The notes below the pieces were generated by a model. The model did no database searches. It was not told where the DNA came from and saw only the letters and a list, made by a program, of their open reading frames with translations. Of a stretch of 27,763 nt of DNA, positions 1 to 8,676 are shown piece after piece. Location of the stretch: contig JBMFJD010000011.1 of NCBI GenBank assembly GCA_049974095.1, forward strand, positions 1-27,763. The letters run 5' to 3'. The translations under genes and the position numbers were made by a program. This DNA is from Nanopusillaceae archaeon (lineage in GTDB: Archaea; Nanobdellota; Nanobdellia; Nanobdellales; Nanobdellaceae). Within the stretch, counting starts at the first letter, position 1. Each line of letters opens with the position of its first letter.

Positions 1-75
1 AATGGAAATGTAGAGCAAATAGTAGATATAAGGCCATGGTGGTGGTTCTTAGTATTTGGCTATAAAGTTCAGTAA
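1..75 (+). CDS. 3' end of an upstream ORF cut by the window edge (…NGNVEQIVDIRPWWWFLVFGYKVQ*)
   Basis: Frame 1 is open from nt 1 to the TAA at 73-75. That stop overlaps the next ATG (TAATG, 73-77). The aromatic/hydrophobic tail resembles the C-terminal anchors of neighbouring glycoproteins. Confidence 0.4.
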   Translation, partial: NGNVEQIVDIRPWWWFLVFGYKVQ

Positions 76-3000
76 TGAAAAAAGCTAAACTATTAGGCGT
101 ATTTTTATTATCTTTATTCTTAGTTAAATCTATCTTCTCTTTTGATCCATCTCAATGGGCAGGTAATTATACAATTTTTATACAAAATAATGCTAATGTA
201 TCTGTATGGAATTATGATTTAATGTATCAATTTAATTCTACTCAATTAATTTCCCAAGGATTATTACAACCTACATGTAATGATATCAGGTTTATTGGTC
301 CAAATGGACAAGAATTAAATTACTATTTAGCCTCATGTGGATATATATCTGTAAATTTATCATATAATACTGGAACATCATGTATATATTTACAAAATAA
401 TCCTGCTTTTCCTGCAACTCCTAACACTCCTTCTGGTTCCTGGTACTTTACTTTTAGTAGCGATGCATATGAAACACTTAATTTATATGAATCTTCAACT
501 ATTGTACCTGTTATATTAAATATTCAAACTAATGCTTTAGTTGCTATATGGGTAAATGGGCAACTAGTATATGAAAATAATCCATTTACTTTCTCATGTA
601 ATGATAATGATGTCGATCAAGTAGATACTTCACAATCATTTGATATTACAAATTATCTACATCAGGGAAATAATGTAATATACATATGGGCAACAGGTAA
701 TTCTCCAGGATTATATATTAATACATCTATTTATTTACCATCAGATAATTTAACAATAAATCAGAATGGAGTATATAATTTACCAGGTATTGTATTTGTA
801 CAAATACCTTACCTTCCAGCATCAGGAAATACATCTATGTATATGTACTATGGTAATCCAAATGCTGTATCTAAAAGTACTTTAAATGCATTTATACAAG
901 GATCTTATCCCGCATTACAAAATTTGATAAATAGTCAATCTCAAGTATTTGCAAATAATTATGACGTATTTGATGTTCAAACTGGTAGTGCATCTAACTT
1001 TGTAGAATTATTACCTCAATACTTTAATAATAGTGGTTCATATTTAGTTCCATTTATAATAAATTCAATAACTGTACCTATAGCAAAAGGATATAACTTT
1101 GTAATACCTGGCTTATCTGTTGGATACTCTTTATTATCTAATATTATATCTACTCAACCATCTAATAATCAGGTTTCTTTTGTAGCACAAAATCAATATT
1201 ATGGTGTATTAAGTGCTGGACAAAATTTAACTATAAATTTGAATACTCCAATATACTGGGTACCTGGATATAATTTAGGAATATATATTGTAAGGGCAGG
1301 AAATCAACAAAAGTATCCAATATGTAAACCATCAGGTGGAACGGGATGTACTGTTTTACCATCAGGAACATATGCAGTACCATTAAATAATGTAGGATTA
1401 GTATCATATTATGGAAATGGACCAGCATATAGTAATTACCCATATTTTGATAAAACTGCATTAGCATTTAATTTACTACCAATATACTATTATAATGGTT
1501 ATTATATGTATTACCTAAATCCAGCTCCTACTTATACTACAATAGTACCTCCACCAATTACAAATACAACTAATGTAACATTAACAAATGGTACTAATTC
1601 TATTGTATTGACAATAAATTATCCATCAAATGGATCTATAGAATACGTAAGTAAAACTAATTATTTACTATATGTAGGATATTCAGTATTATCTAATTAT
1701 ACAATAAATTCATGTAATATATCTATAACATCTGGAAATATAACTTATTATTTCGGAAATTGTTCTACAGCAATTAATGTAAGTGGAATAAATCCTGGTT
1801 GGTATACATTAACAATAAATGTATCTAATATAGCAGGAGGAAATACAACAGCAAATACAATATTTTATTTAGATTATCCTCCAGGTACATATAACTTTAC
1901 AATAGTACAAACTCCAAGTTATATTAATGGAGAATCAGAATATATTAATACATCTTTTGTATGTACAGGTGGAGAATGTGATTATGGATCTGTACAATTA
2001 AATGTACCATCTTATTGTGCTGTATTAAATCCTGTAGTTAATATACCAATGTTAAGTTCTGGACAACAGTATAATGTATCATTCTTAATCGACTGTATAT
2101 ATAATACAAGTTATCCATTTACAATTAACTATTATATAGCTGGAAGTTTAATTAATAGTACATCATTTAGTATACCTCCAGCATCTTTATCAATATCTTA
2201 TACATTATCTACTAATAATCTAACAATTTATGCAAATCCAACAGGATTTTATAATAATGTTACATTATATACAGTAATAAATCAAGGATGGGTAATAAAT
2301 AGTACTGCAAATCAAATTGTATATAATATAACTGTACCTCCAAATCAAAATGATATAATATATACAACAAATGTTACACCTGGACAAACATTTGCTATAT
2401 ATGTAGGAATACAATCTCCTAGTTTATTTACATTCTATCCAGTTCAAAGTATATATCTAGTTGTACAGGCAACTCAACCCCCAATAATATATAGTGCTAC
2501 AATACCTCAAATAAATTACCAGGGGCTACCTGTTAATTTATGTTATAATATAACAGATCAAGTTGCAGTAACCAATGTAACAATTAATTTAATATATAAT
2601 AATGTACAACAAACAATTGTAGAGAATTATTTCTCTCCAAACGTAAGTGCATGTGTACCATTAAATGTAACACAACTAGGTAATTATTCTGTATTATTAC
2701 AAGCATGTGATTATTCGGGATTATGTATTAGCTATCCAACAATTAATTTCCAGGTTGTTCCATACCCACCATATAATATAACAATATATCCAAATACTAC
2801 TATAGTTACGCAATCATCTCCAGTATATGTAACAATTTACTTCTATCATCCATTACAAAATTCTGTTCAGTGTGTTATAACAAATAGCCAAGGAACCTTG
2901 AATTTAAGGGAAACATTATATAATAATACAAATGTAACAGTTCCACTCTCATTTAGTTCATATGGTGTATATAATTTATATCTATCATGTGTATCTCCAT

Positions 3001-3950
3001 ATACAGCAATAACTGTTCCATTTACAATAATATATAGTAATTTACCACCATTAATAGAAGGAATAAATATTACTAATGATACAATAAATCTATATTTGTA
3101 TGATCAAGTTGGATTAGAAGGCGCAATATATAATATTACAATTGGAAATAGTACTCAAATATATAATGTTTCCTTATCTGGTAATTATGGTGTATTGCAA
3201 TTACCTCTTATATTATCTCAATCAGTGATAATAAAAGGATATATCTATGATCTAGCGGGATTATCTACACCATTTACATATTCATATACTTTGGCTCAAC
3301 CAATTGCATTTGGTCCATCACCTGGAACACCTACATATATTGGATATCTAAATGTATCATCTACAAATTCAACAAATATTACAAATATAACAATATCTGG
3401 ATCTCCATCTAATTATATTGCATTATTGATACCAACAATAAATGCTACGGTAATACCTAAAGGTATACAAATAACAGCATCAGTTATTGCTAAATATTAT
3501 CCTGTAAATTGTACAATATACCCATTTAATACAACTATGATAATACAAACATCTGCACCATATACTGCAATAATTACACCAAATATAACACCAGGTACAT
3601 ATATTATATATGCAACCTGTACAGATAGTGTTGGAGATATGGCTACATCAAATATGGTTGTATTAAATGTTACACCTCAAGATATCTATATGTTTGGAAC
3701 ATCTGCATTTGTTGGAACAGAAAATGGAATATATAGTATATTACTATTAGGAGGTGTGGTAGCATTACTTGGATATTTAATGAGATCTAAGATACTTGTT
3801 TTAATTGGAGCTGGATTGGCAGCATCACTTGCACCATTATATACAGGTGTGATATCAGGACAGCCAGTATTTGCAACAATAGAGACAGGAGCGATATTAG
3901 TTGGCTTATATATATTACATAAATATTTATTATATCATGCCTTCGAATAA
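75..3950 (+). CDS. Giant secreted, heavily N-glycosylated surface protein (1291 aa) with a DUF2341-like N-terminal module, nested lectin-like jelly-roll, beta-sandwich repeats and three C-terminal TM helices
   Basis: Uninterrupted 3.9 kb ORF. Signal peptide MKKAKLLGVFLLSLFLVKSIFS|F. About 50 N-x-S/T sequons by manual count. NDIRFIGPNGQELNYYL … VFVQIPYLPASGNTSMYMYYGNPNA matches the DUF2341 hallmark. PGTY-type beta-sandwich motifs recur. The last ~75 aa form three hydrophobic helices. Confidence 0.85.
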   Translation: MKKAKLLGVFLLSLFLVKSIFSFDPSQWAGNYTIFIQNNANVSVWNYDLMYQFNSTQLISQGLLQPTCNDIRFIGPNGQELNYYLASCGYISVNLSYNTGTSCIYLQNNPAFPATPNTPSGSWYFTFSSDAYETLNLYESSTIVPVILNIQTNALVAIWVNGQLVYENNPFTFSCNDNDVDQVDTSQSFDITNYLHQGNNVIYIWATGNSPGLYINTSIYLPSDNLTINQNGVYNLPGIVFVQIPYLPASGNTSMYMYYGNPNAVSKSTLNAFIQGSYPALQNLINSQSQVFANNYDVFDVQTGSASNFVELLPQYFNNSGSYLVPFIINSITVPIAKGYNFVIPGLSVGYSLLSNIISTQPSNNQVSFVAQNQYYGVLSAGQNLTINLNTPIYWVPGYNLGIYIVRAGNQQKYPICKPSGGTGCTVLPSGTYAVPLNNVGLVSYYGNGPAYSNYPYFDKTALAFNLLPIYYYNGYYMYYLNPAPTYTTIVPPPITNTTNVTLTNGTNSIVLTINYPSNGSIEYVSKTNYLLYVGYSVLSNYTINSCNISITSGNITYYFGNCSTAINVSGINPGWYTLTINVSNIAGGNTTANTIFYLDYPPGTYNFTIVQTPSYINGESEYINTSFVCTGGECDYGSVQLNVPSYCAVLNPVVNIPMLSSGQQYNVSFLIDCIYNTSYPFTINYYIAGSLINSTSFSIPPASLSISYTLSTNNLTIYANPTGFYNNVTLYTVINQGWVINSTANQIVYNITVPPNQNDIIYTTNVTPGQTFAIYVGIQSPSLFTFYPVQSIYLVVQATQPPIIYSATIPQINYQGLPVNLCYNITDQVAVTNVTINLIYNNVQQTIVENYFSPNVSACVPLNVTQLGNYSVLLQACDYSGLCISYPTINFQVVPYPPYNITIYPNTTIVTQSSPVYVTIYFYHPLQNSVQCVITNSQGTLNLRETLYNNTNVTVPLSFSSYGVYNLYLSCVSPYTAITVPFTIIYSNLPPLIEGINITNDTINLYLYDQVGLEGAIYNITIGNSTQIYNVSLSGNYGVLQLPLILSQSVIIKGYIYDLAGLSTPFTYSYTLAQPIAFGPSPGTPTYIGYLNVSSTNSTNITNITISGSPSNYIALLIPTINATVIPKGIQITASVIAKYYPVNCTIYPFNTTMIIQTSAPYTAIITPNITPGTYIIYATCTDSVGDMATSNMVVLNVTPQDIYMFGTSAFVGTENGIYSILLLGGVVALLGYLMRSKILVLIGAGLAASLAPLYTGVISGQPVFATIETGAILVGLYILHKYLLYHAFE

Positions 3951-4191
3951 AAAAGATAAAAAAAGAGAGGAAGTAGTTAAGATAATTGTTAAAAAATATA
4001 GATATGCAATGTTGGCGGAATATTTATATAAAAATAGATTAAACAATATTGCAAAATTCTTAGGAGTATCTCCTGAAGAAATTGAAAAGTCAGAAGCTAT
4101 TATTAATTTCTATGATCTGATAAAAGAAAAGAAATTTGAAATGGCTAAAAAATATTTGGATTGGTTGATGAAAAATTATGGAAAGAAATAG
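3937..4191 (+). CDS. Small basic protein (84 aa from ATG 3937), HTH-like, distant paralogue of the 21713-22453 trio
   Basis: The ORF track starts at TTG 3901, but the first ATG is 3937 (MPSNKKDKKREE…), overlapping the upstream stop by 14 nt. The motif NNIAKFLGVSPEEIEKSE resembles KKIAEFLQVSPDVVCQS of ORF 22226. Confidence 0.6.
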   Translation: MPSNKKDKKREEVVKIIVKKYRYAMLAEYLYKNRLNNIAKFLGVSPEEIEKSEAIINFYDLIKEKKFEMAKKYLDWLMKNYGKK

Positions 4192-4906
4192 ATCGATTGG
4201 TCTTGGTATAGATTTAGCAATATTTATCATATCTATAGTAGTACTTGCATATGCATGGTACTTTTTATCAGTATTAATATTACAAGGAGCAGTATTACAA
4301 TCAATAGTTCAATTACAGGAGCAACAACAAATATATCTATACTATATAGCATTAGCTCTTACAGCGATGATATACTATACAGCATCAGCATTATTAGATA
4401 AACCATATTCTCCGACATACCAACATTTATTCAATAAGAAGGAAATGTTCTGGGCTTTGCTATTCATATTAATATACGTACCTGGTTATATTGCTGGATT
4501 AATAAGAATGGGTATACCTCCAATTTTAACTGTAGTATATTCATTACCATTTGCAATCGTTGAGGGTGTAATGGGTTTAGTAGAAAACAGATTCTTTATA
4601 GGAACATTAGGATTTGGTATGAAGTATGAGTTACAGGAAAGAGATATAAGGGGATCCTATATACTAGCTGCAATATTGGTAGGATTAATTGCAACAGCCT
4701 GGCACTTATACATGTTTACTAGTTTATTAATAAACTCAGCATCATTATATGCAGTAATACAGGTAGCAATATCTGTGTTCGTATTCTTCTTCTTTGGTGC
4801 AATAATAAGCTTTGATTATGACAATACCTGGGCATGGGATATAGTACACTTCACTGTTAACTTTGCAGTAGGCTTATTAGGAGCAAAAGGATTTATTATA
4901 ATATGA
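4178..4906 (+). CDS. Polytopic membrane protein, possible CPBP/Abi-type intramembrane metalloprotease
   Basis: About 7 hydrophobic helices and no Cys. Ordered motifs: AIVEGVMGLVENRFF (cf. EExxxR), IATAWHLY (cf. FxxxH) and WDIVHFTVNF (HxxxN). The start overlaps the upstream gene by 14 nt; the stop overlaps the downstream ATG (ATGA). Confidence 0.5.
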   Translation: MERNRSIGLGIDLAIFIISIVVLAYAWYFLSVLILQGAVLQSIVQLQEQQQIYLYYIALALTAMIYYTASALLDKPYSPTYQHLFNKKEMFWALLFILIYVPGYIAGLIRMGIPPILTVVYSLPFAIVEGVMGLVENRFFIGTLGFGMKYELQERDIRGSYILAAILVGLIATAWHLYMFTSLLINSASLYAVIQVAISVFVFFFFGAIISFDYDNTWAWDIVHFTVNFAVGLLGAKGFIII

Positions 4907-6327
4907 AAGGAAGGTTTGGTATAATATTATTGGCTTTACTTATCTTGGGTTTTGTATTACCAATAGTAGTCTATAATGTTTTTGTTTTACATTCATTTAC
5001 GATATCGTGTAGTTATGAATCTAAAACTGTTAACGTTGGAAGTTCGGTAAATTATTTATGTTATGATGTTTATAATTTAACTCAAGGTGATAATATATTT
5101 ACTATTCCATTACCAGGAGCTGGTAATATACTTAGCTCATATATATCATTTATTAATGTTCAAACTCCAACTATAAACATAAATCTATCCGGAACTATAC
5201 CTTCAAATTCTCAACAGGTTCAACAGATATCTATTCCATCTAATGCATATAATATAAATATATATGGAATATTACAAGGTATACCTGTAAATAACCAATA
5301 TCCTTTTAATGCATCAATAACAGGTGGTAATATACCATTATATTGTAGTCCATCATGTATCTATAATCAAGGACTAATAATAAACCAATCTGGATCATAC
5401 CAATTAGTAATAAATTCTGGTTATGGAGGTGGAGGTGTTAATTATGATATATATGGATCATATAATTTACCAAATCCAACATATACAATATCTGTAAATG
5501 GTGTAAATGTATTTTCTGGACAAATAGCGTCTACACAGAGTATACCAATACCTATTAATCAGACATCTACTGTGAATATAAATGTAAATGGATACTCAAA
5601 TGCCCAAGCATTATTCTATATAGAACAAAAATGTTCATTAACAGGAGGATTTTGGAATTGTTCAGCATCCGTAAATCCACAGAATTTGTCTCAATCCCTA
5701 GTAGTATGTACAACTAATGTATATTCTACATGTTCATTATCTAATATTAATATAGAAGTTCCATTTAGTTCAGATTATAGTAAATATCTATCTAATGCAC
5801 AGAATTTAGAAATATCTGTAAATGGAGTTATAGTTAATGCTAATACACAGGGATTATCAAATTCTGCACCTTATTTTATAATATATAATCTAGATCAGGG
5901 AAATAATATAGTACAATTATCATTTACATTACCATATATTGTTCCTCAAGCACAAACACAGGTAGGAGTATGTCTAATATATCCGCCAAGTATTACTATA
6001 TATAGACTATTAAATCAAGCATCAGTAAGTACAACAATATATATTAAGAATACAGGTAATGCACCAATACAGGTAACTATATCTCCATCAGTATCTTTAA
6101 ATGCAAATATACAACCATCTAGTTTAGTAATACAACCAGGAGAGACAGCTAATACAACAGTTACAATAACCGGTGGAAATGGGTATCTTGAAATACAAGG
6201 ATGTTCAGAGATACCATATGATTTGCCGGTATCTGTTCAAGTAATATCATCATCTTTTATAGTATTGATAATAATAGTAGCTGGTTTAGCAGCACTAGTA
6301 TTGATGTTATTTACTAGAGGTAAATGA
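4903..6327 (+). CDS. Secreted N-glycosylated protein (474 aa) with N-terminal signal/anchor, lectin-like module, CARDB-like domain and C-terminal TM anchor
   Basis: N-terminus MKGRFGIILLALLILGFVLPIVV. Many sequons. EISVNGVIVNAN…YFIIYNLDQGNNIVQLSF. IYIKNTGNAPIQVTISPS is a CARDB-like signature. C-terminus FIVLIIIVAGLAALVLMLFTRGK. Confidence 0.8.
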   Translation: MKGRFGIILLALLILGFVLPIVVYNVFVLHSFTISCSYESKTVNVGSSVNYLCYDVYNLTQGDNIFTIPLPGAGNILSSYISFINVQTPTININLSGTIPSNSQQVQQISIPSNAYNINIYGILQGIPVNNQYPFNASITGGNIPLYCSPSCIYNQGLIINQSGSYQLVINSGYGGGGVNYDIYGSYNLPNPTYTISVNGVNVFSGQIASTQSIPIPINQTSTVNINVNGYSNAQALFYIEQKCSLTGGFWNCSASVNPQNLSQSLVVCTTNVYSTCSLSNINIEVPFSSDYSKYLSNAQNLEISVNGVIVNANTQGLSNSAPYFIIYNLDQGNNIVQLSFTLPYIVPQAQTQVGVCLIYPPSITIYRLLNQASVSTTIYIKNTGNAPIQVTISPSVSLNANIQPSSLVIQPGETANTTVTITGGNGYLEIQGCSEIPYDLPVSVQVISSSFIVLIIIVAGLAALVLMLFTRGK

Positions 6328-6749
6328 TCGTAAGATCAAATAATAAATATTTTTATATACAGAATAAAGTAGCTAGAGATATATTAAACAGATTATCTAA
6401 TAAGAAATACTATGATATATCTATATTACAAGATTTAACACAAAAATATAGTAGGAAAAAAATATATGATACTTTAAGATTATTACATAAGCATGGAATT
6501 ATTGAGATTAAGAAAACATATATTGGTAGAATATATTTTAAGAATAAGTCTAAGAGGACTAGGATTTTCGATATTTCTATATCTATAGCTACAATATCAT
6601 CAACCTTAATATATATCTTAGCTCAGCAAATCATAGGTTATTCTCATATATTATCTGTATATGGATTTTTAATAGGTATCTTATCAAGTATTAATATTCT
6701 ATTATTATTATTAATAAGAAGAATATATGACATCTCAATAAGGATATAA
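6324..6749 (+). CDS. Membrane-tethered winged-helix (wHTH) protein, 141 aa
   Basis: ARDILNRLSNKKYYDISILQDLTQKYSRKKIYDTLRLLHKHGIIEIKK…GRIYF has a MarR/PadR-like wHTH pattern. It is followed by two hydrophobic helices (ISIATISSTLIYILAQQII and VYGFLIGILSSINILLLLLI). ATGA overlap with the upstream gene. Confidence 0.6.
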   Translation: MIVRSNNKYFYIQNKVARDILNRLSNKKYYDISILQDLTQKYSRKKIYDTLRLLHKHGIIEIKKTYIGRIYFKNKSKRTRIFDISISIATISSTLIYILAQQIIGYSHILSVYGFLIGILSSINILLLLLIRRIYDISIRI

Positions 6750-6822
6750 TTTATAAATTTTTCTATTGTACAACACATGTACGCACATTATCAATATAAG
6801 GGAGGTCATAATATTATATATT

Positions 6823-7908
6823 ATGGTATTGAAAGGCCAAGCAAGAGGTAAGGAGATGGAATATCTATTAGCGGCAGTATTTATGGCATTGATTGGTTAT
6901 GCAATATACCACTATACAGCAACCACACCAACAGCAGTATCACAAGTACAATGTGGTCCAGTATTGGCACAAGTATATGGATTAGCAGGACAATCATTAA
7001 ACTTACCAGCAAAAGTAGTAAACTCATTAAACGGAAAACCAGTATCTGGAGCTAACATATATGTATTTAGCACAGTACCATATGGATGGGGACAATCCCA
7101 AGAATGGACATTAATACCATCAATGTTAGTAGGACAAACACCAGTAGCAACAACTGGATCATTAGGTAATGCAACAATTAGTGTAACAATGCCACAACCA
7201 AATCAAACAGAAACAGAATATATGGTATTAACAGATACAGGATTCTGGTCTGAATTATACACATTATCTGTAGGATATAATCCAAGCATAGCAGCATCTT
7301 CAGCTCAACAATGTATACAATTATTCCCATACTCAACAGTACAAAATATTATGACATCATTAATACAAGTTCAAGCTCAAGATGTATTAAATGGACAATC
7401 ATATACATTGAATAACTTACAAATGGAACCAGTAGGATCATTAATACCATCATTAAGCACACTATCATTCAATGTATCACAAACAGCATATAATGCACAA
7501 TTACAAGCATTCTATGCTGGAATTGTAAGCGGAGGATCATTAAGAGTTACAGGAATTAAATTCTCAGCATTAGGAAACTTACAACAAGAAGGTATACAAC
7601 AATTATCAGTACAAATAACAGCTGGAGGACAAACATTATACCAAGGAGTATTATACAATGCTGCTAACTCCAACTTACCATTAGGAAATGGACAAAATAC
7701 AACATATACAGTTAGCTTAGGAGGAAATACAGGATTAGTTGATTTACCACAAGGAACTACAATACAAATACAAGTATCAGCAGTAGCAAATACTAATACA
7801 AACCAAACAGCAGGATACCTATACTCAGGAGAACAAGTATTACAAGTACAATTCGAATTAGCAGATCCAATGGAAGGCCAACCAATAGCATTCACAGTAA
7901 CAGGATAG
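6823..7908 (+). CDS. Membrane-anchored or secreted beta-rich protein, candidate abundant structural protein (361 aa from ATG 6823; alternative ATG at 6856)
   Basis: The track start 6766 is TTG. In-frame ATGs lie at 6823 (GGAGGT at 6801-6806 upstream) and 6856 (MEYLLAAVFMALIGYAIYHY hydrophobic helix). VVNSLNGKPVSGANIYVF is a CarboxypepD_reg/prealbumin-like motif. Codons are strongly A-ending, with aac/tac preferred. An 8-T tract follows the gene. Confidence 0.75.
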   Translation: MVLKGQARGKEMEYLLAAVFMALIGYAIYHYTATTPTAVSQVQCGPVLAQVYGLAGQSLNLPAKVVNSLNGKPVSGANIYVFSTVPYGWGQSQEWTLIPSMLVGQTPVATTGSLGNATISVTMPQPNQTETEYMVLTDTGFWSELYTLSVGYNPSIAASSAQQCIQLFPYSTVQNIMTSLIQVQAQDVLNGQSYTLNNLQMEPVGSLIPSLSTLSFNVSQTAYNAQLQAFYAGIVSGGSLRVTGIKFSALGNLQQEGIQQLSVQITAGGQTLYQGVLYNAANSNLPLGNGQNTTYTVSLGGNTGLVDLPQGTTIQIQVSAVANTNTNQTAGYLYSGEQVLQVQFELADPMEGQPIAFTVTG

Positions 7909-7937
7909 ACCTAGAGGCTAACACATATTTTTAAATG

Positions 7938-7945
7938 TTTTTTTT
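7938..7945 (+). terminator. Oligo-T (T8) tract after gene 6823-7908
   Basis: A run of eight T starts 30 nt past the stop codon. Oligo-T tracts are known archaeal termination signals. Confidence 0.5.
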
Positions 7946-7956
7946 AATTATGTTTT

Positions 7957-8556
7957 ATGAGATGGGACAAGATAAAAGATAAAATAAAACATTTATTTAA
8001 ACCTGATAAAAAACATGAGAAGTATAATCTATTTTTAGGAGGAGTAGTGTTTGGTATGGGCTTGACAGTAGTTGTATATATATTTGCAGGATATCCATAT
8101 ACTTTGCCATATCTCAAACCATTTGTAGATATTAAACATTTACCACCCGGATCATTAAATTTCATATATACTAATGATTTATCCTATTATTCTGGCGTAT
8201 TGGATACATTATACTTCCAATTTAGTAATACATGGATTTGTAGATATAATAATCCACTTGTAGCAATGCAATATATAGCGGCAAATAAAGCATTCTATAA
8301 TTCGACAATATTCTTTATATTTGATGGTGATCATCTAAGAGTTGCAGTATATTATGATGATAATTTAACTTTCTTTGATGTAACAGACCCAACTTATATA
8401 TTTTATCCAAATGATACAGAGATAATGTCATGTAATATATCTCCAACTTATGGAATTGGAAGTAATTGTACTATAATATATGCAGATGGATTAACCGCCT
8501 ATAATGATCCCACATTAGATGAGTTAGTAGTAAAGGAGGCGTTTCATAGTTCTTGA
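7957..8556 (+). CDS. Type-II-like membrane-anchored protein, 199 aa, unknown function
   Basis: Basic N-terminus MRWDKIKDKIKHLFKPDKKHEK, then the TM helix LFLGGVVFGMGLTVVVYIFAG. The ectodomain carries sequons (NST, NLT, NDT, NIS, NCT). Confidence 0.7.
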   Translation: MRWDKIKDKIKHLFKPDKKHEKYNLFLGGVVFGMGLTVVVYIFAGYPYTLPYLKPFVDIKHLPPGSLNFIYTNDLSYYSGVLDTLYFQFSNTWICRYNNPLVAMQYIAANKAFYNSTIFFIFDGDHLRVAVYYDDNLTFFDVTDPTYIFYPNDTEIMSCNISPTYGIGSNCTIIYADGLTAYNDPTLDELVVKEAFHSS

Positions 8557-8676
8557 AATATAAATTTAATATATTGTAAGGTAATATATGGTAATGGATA
8601 ACCATGTAAATGTAGTTGGATAATTTCACAAAACATAAACTATAACCTTTTAATAAGTATATACATAATATATTTT

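Noticed and set aside
1231-1467. 78-aa minus-strand ORF inside gene 75-3950
   Set aside because: Fully embedded antisense ORF with a His/Leu/Met-rich implausible product.
3901-3936. TTG-initiated N-terminal extensions in the ORF track (3901, also 6766 and 24817)
   Set aside because: In each case an in-frame ATG lies shortly downstream and fits better with the upstream stop, the promoter spacing or the conserved 22-mer. I used 3937, 6823 (or 6856) and 24799.
4178-4906. Archaeosortase/exosortase interpretation of the polytopic membrane protein
   Set aside because: Those enzymes need a conserved catalytic Cys. This protein has no cysteine, and the neighbouring glycoproteins lack PGF-CTERM-type signals.
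7512-7895. 127-aa minus-strand ORF antisense to gene 6823-7908
   Set aside because: Cys/Pro/Asn-rich nonsense typical of the antisense of A3-rich coding sequence, with no promoter geometry.
7944-8165. 73-aa minus-strand ORF overlapping the start of gene 7957-8556
   Set aside because: It overlaps a better-supported plus-strand gene with a basic N-terminus plus TM helix, and it would run into the terminator/promoter region.
8557-8676. 120-nt spacer with GGTAAT/GGATAA word repeats and an 11-codon mini-ORF (MVMDNHVNVVG)
   Set aside because: The repeats are too short and degenerate to call. The spacer most likely just holds the promoter for gene 8677-10854.
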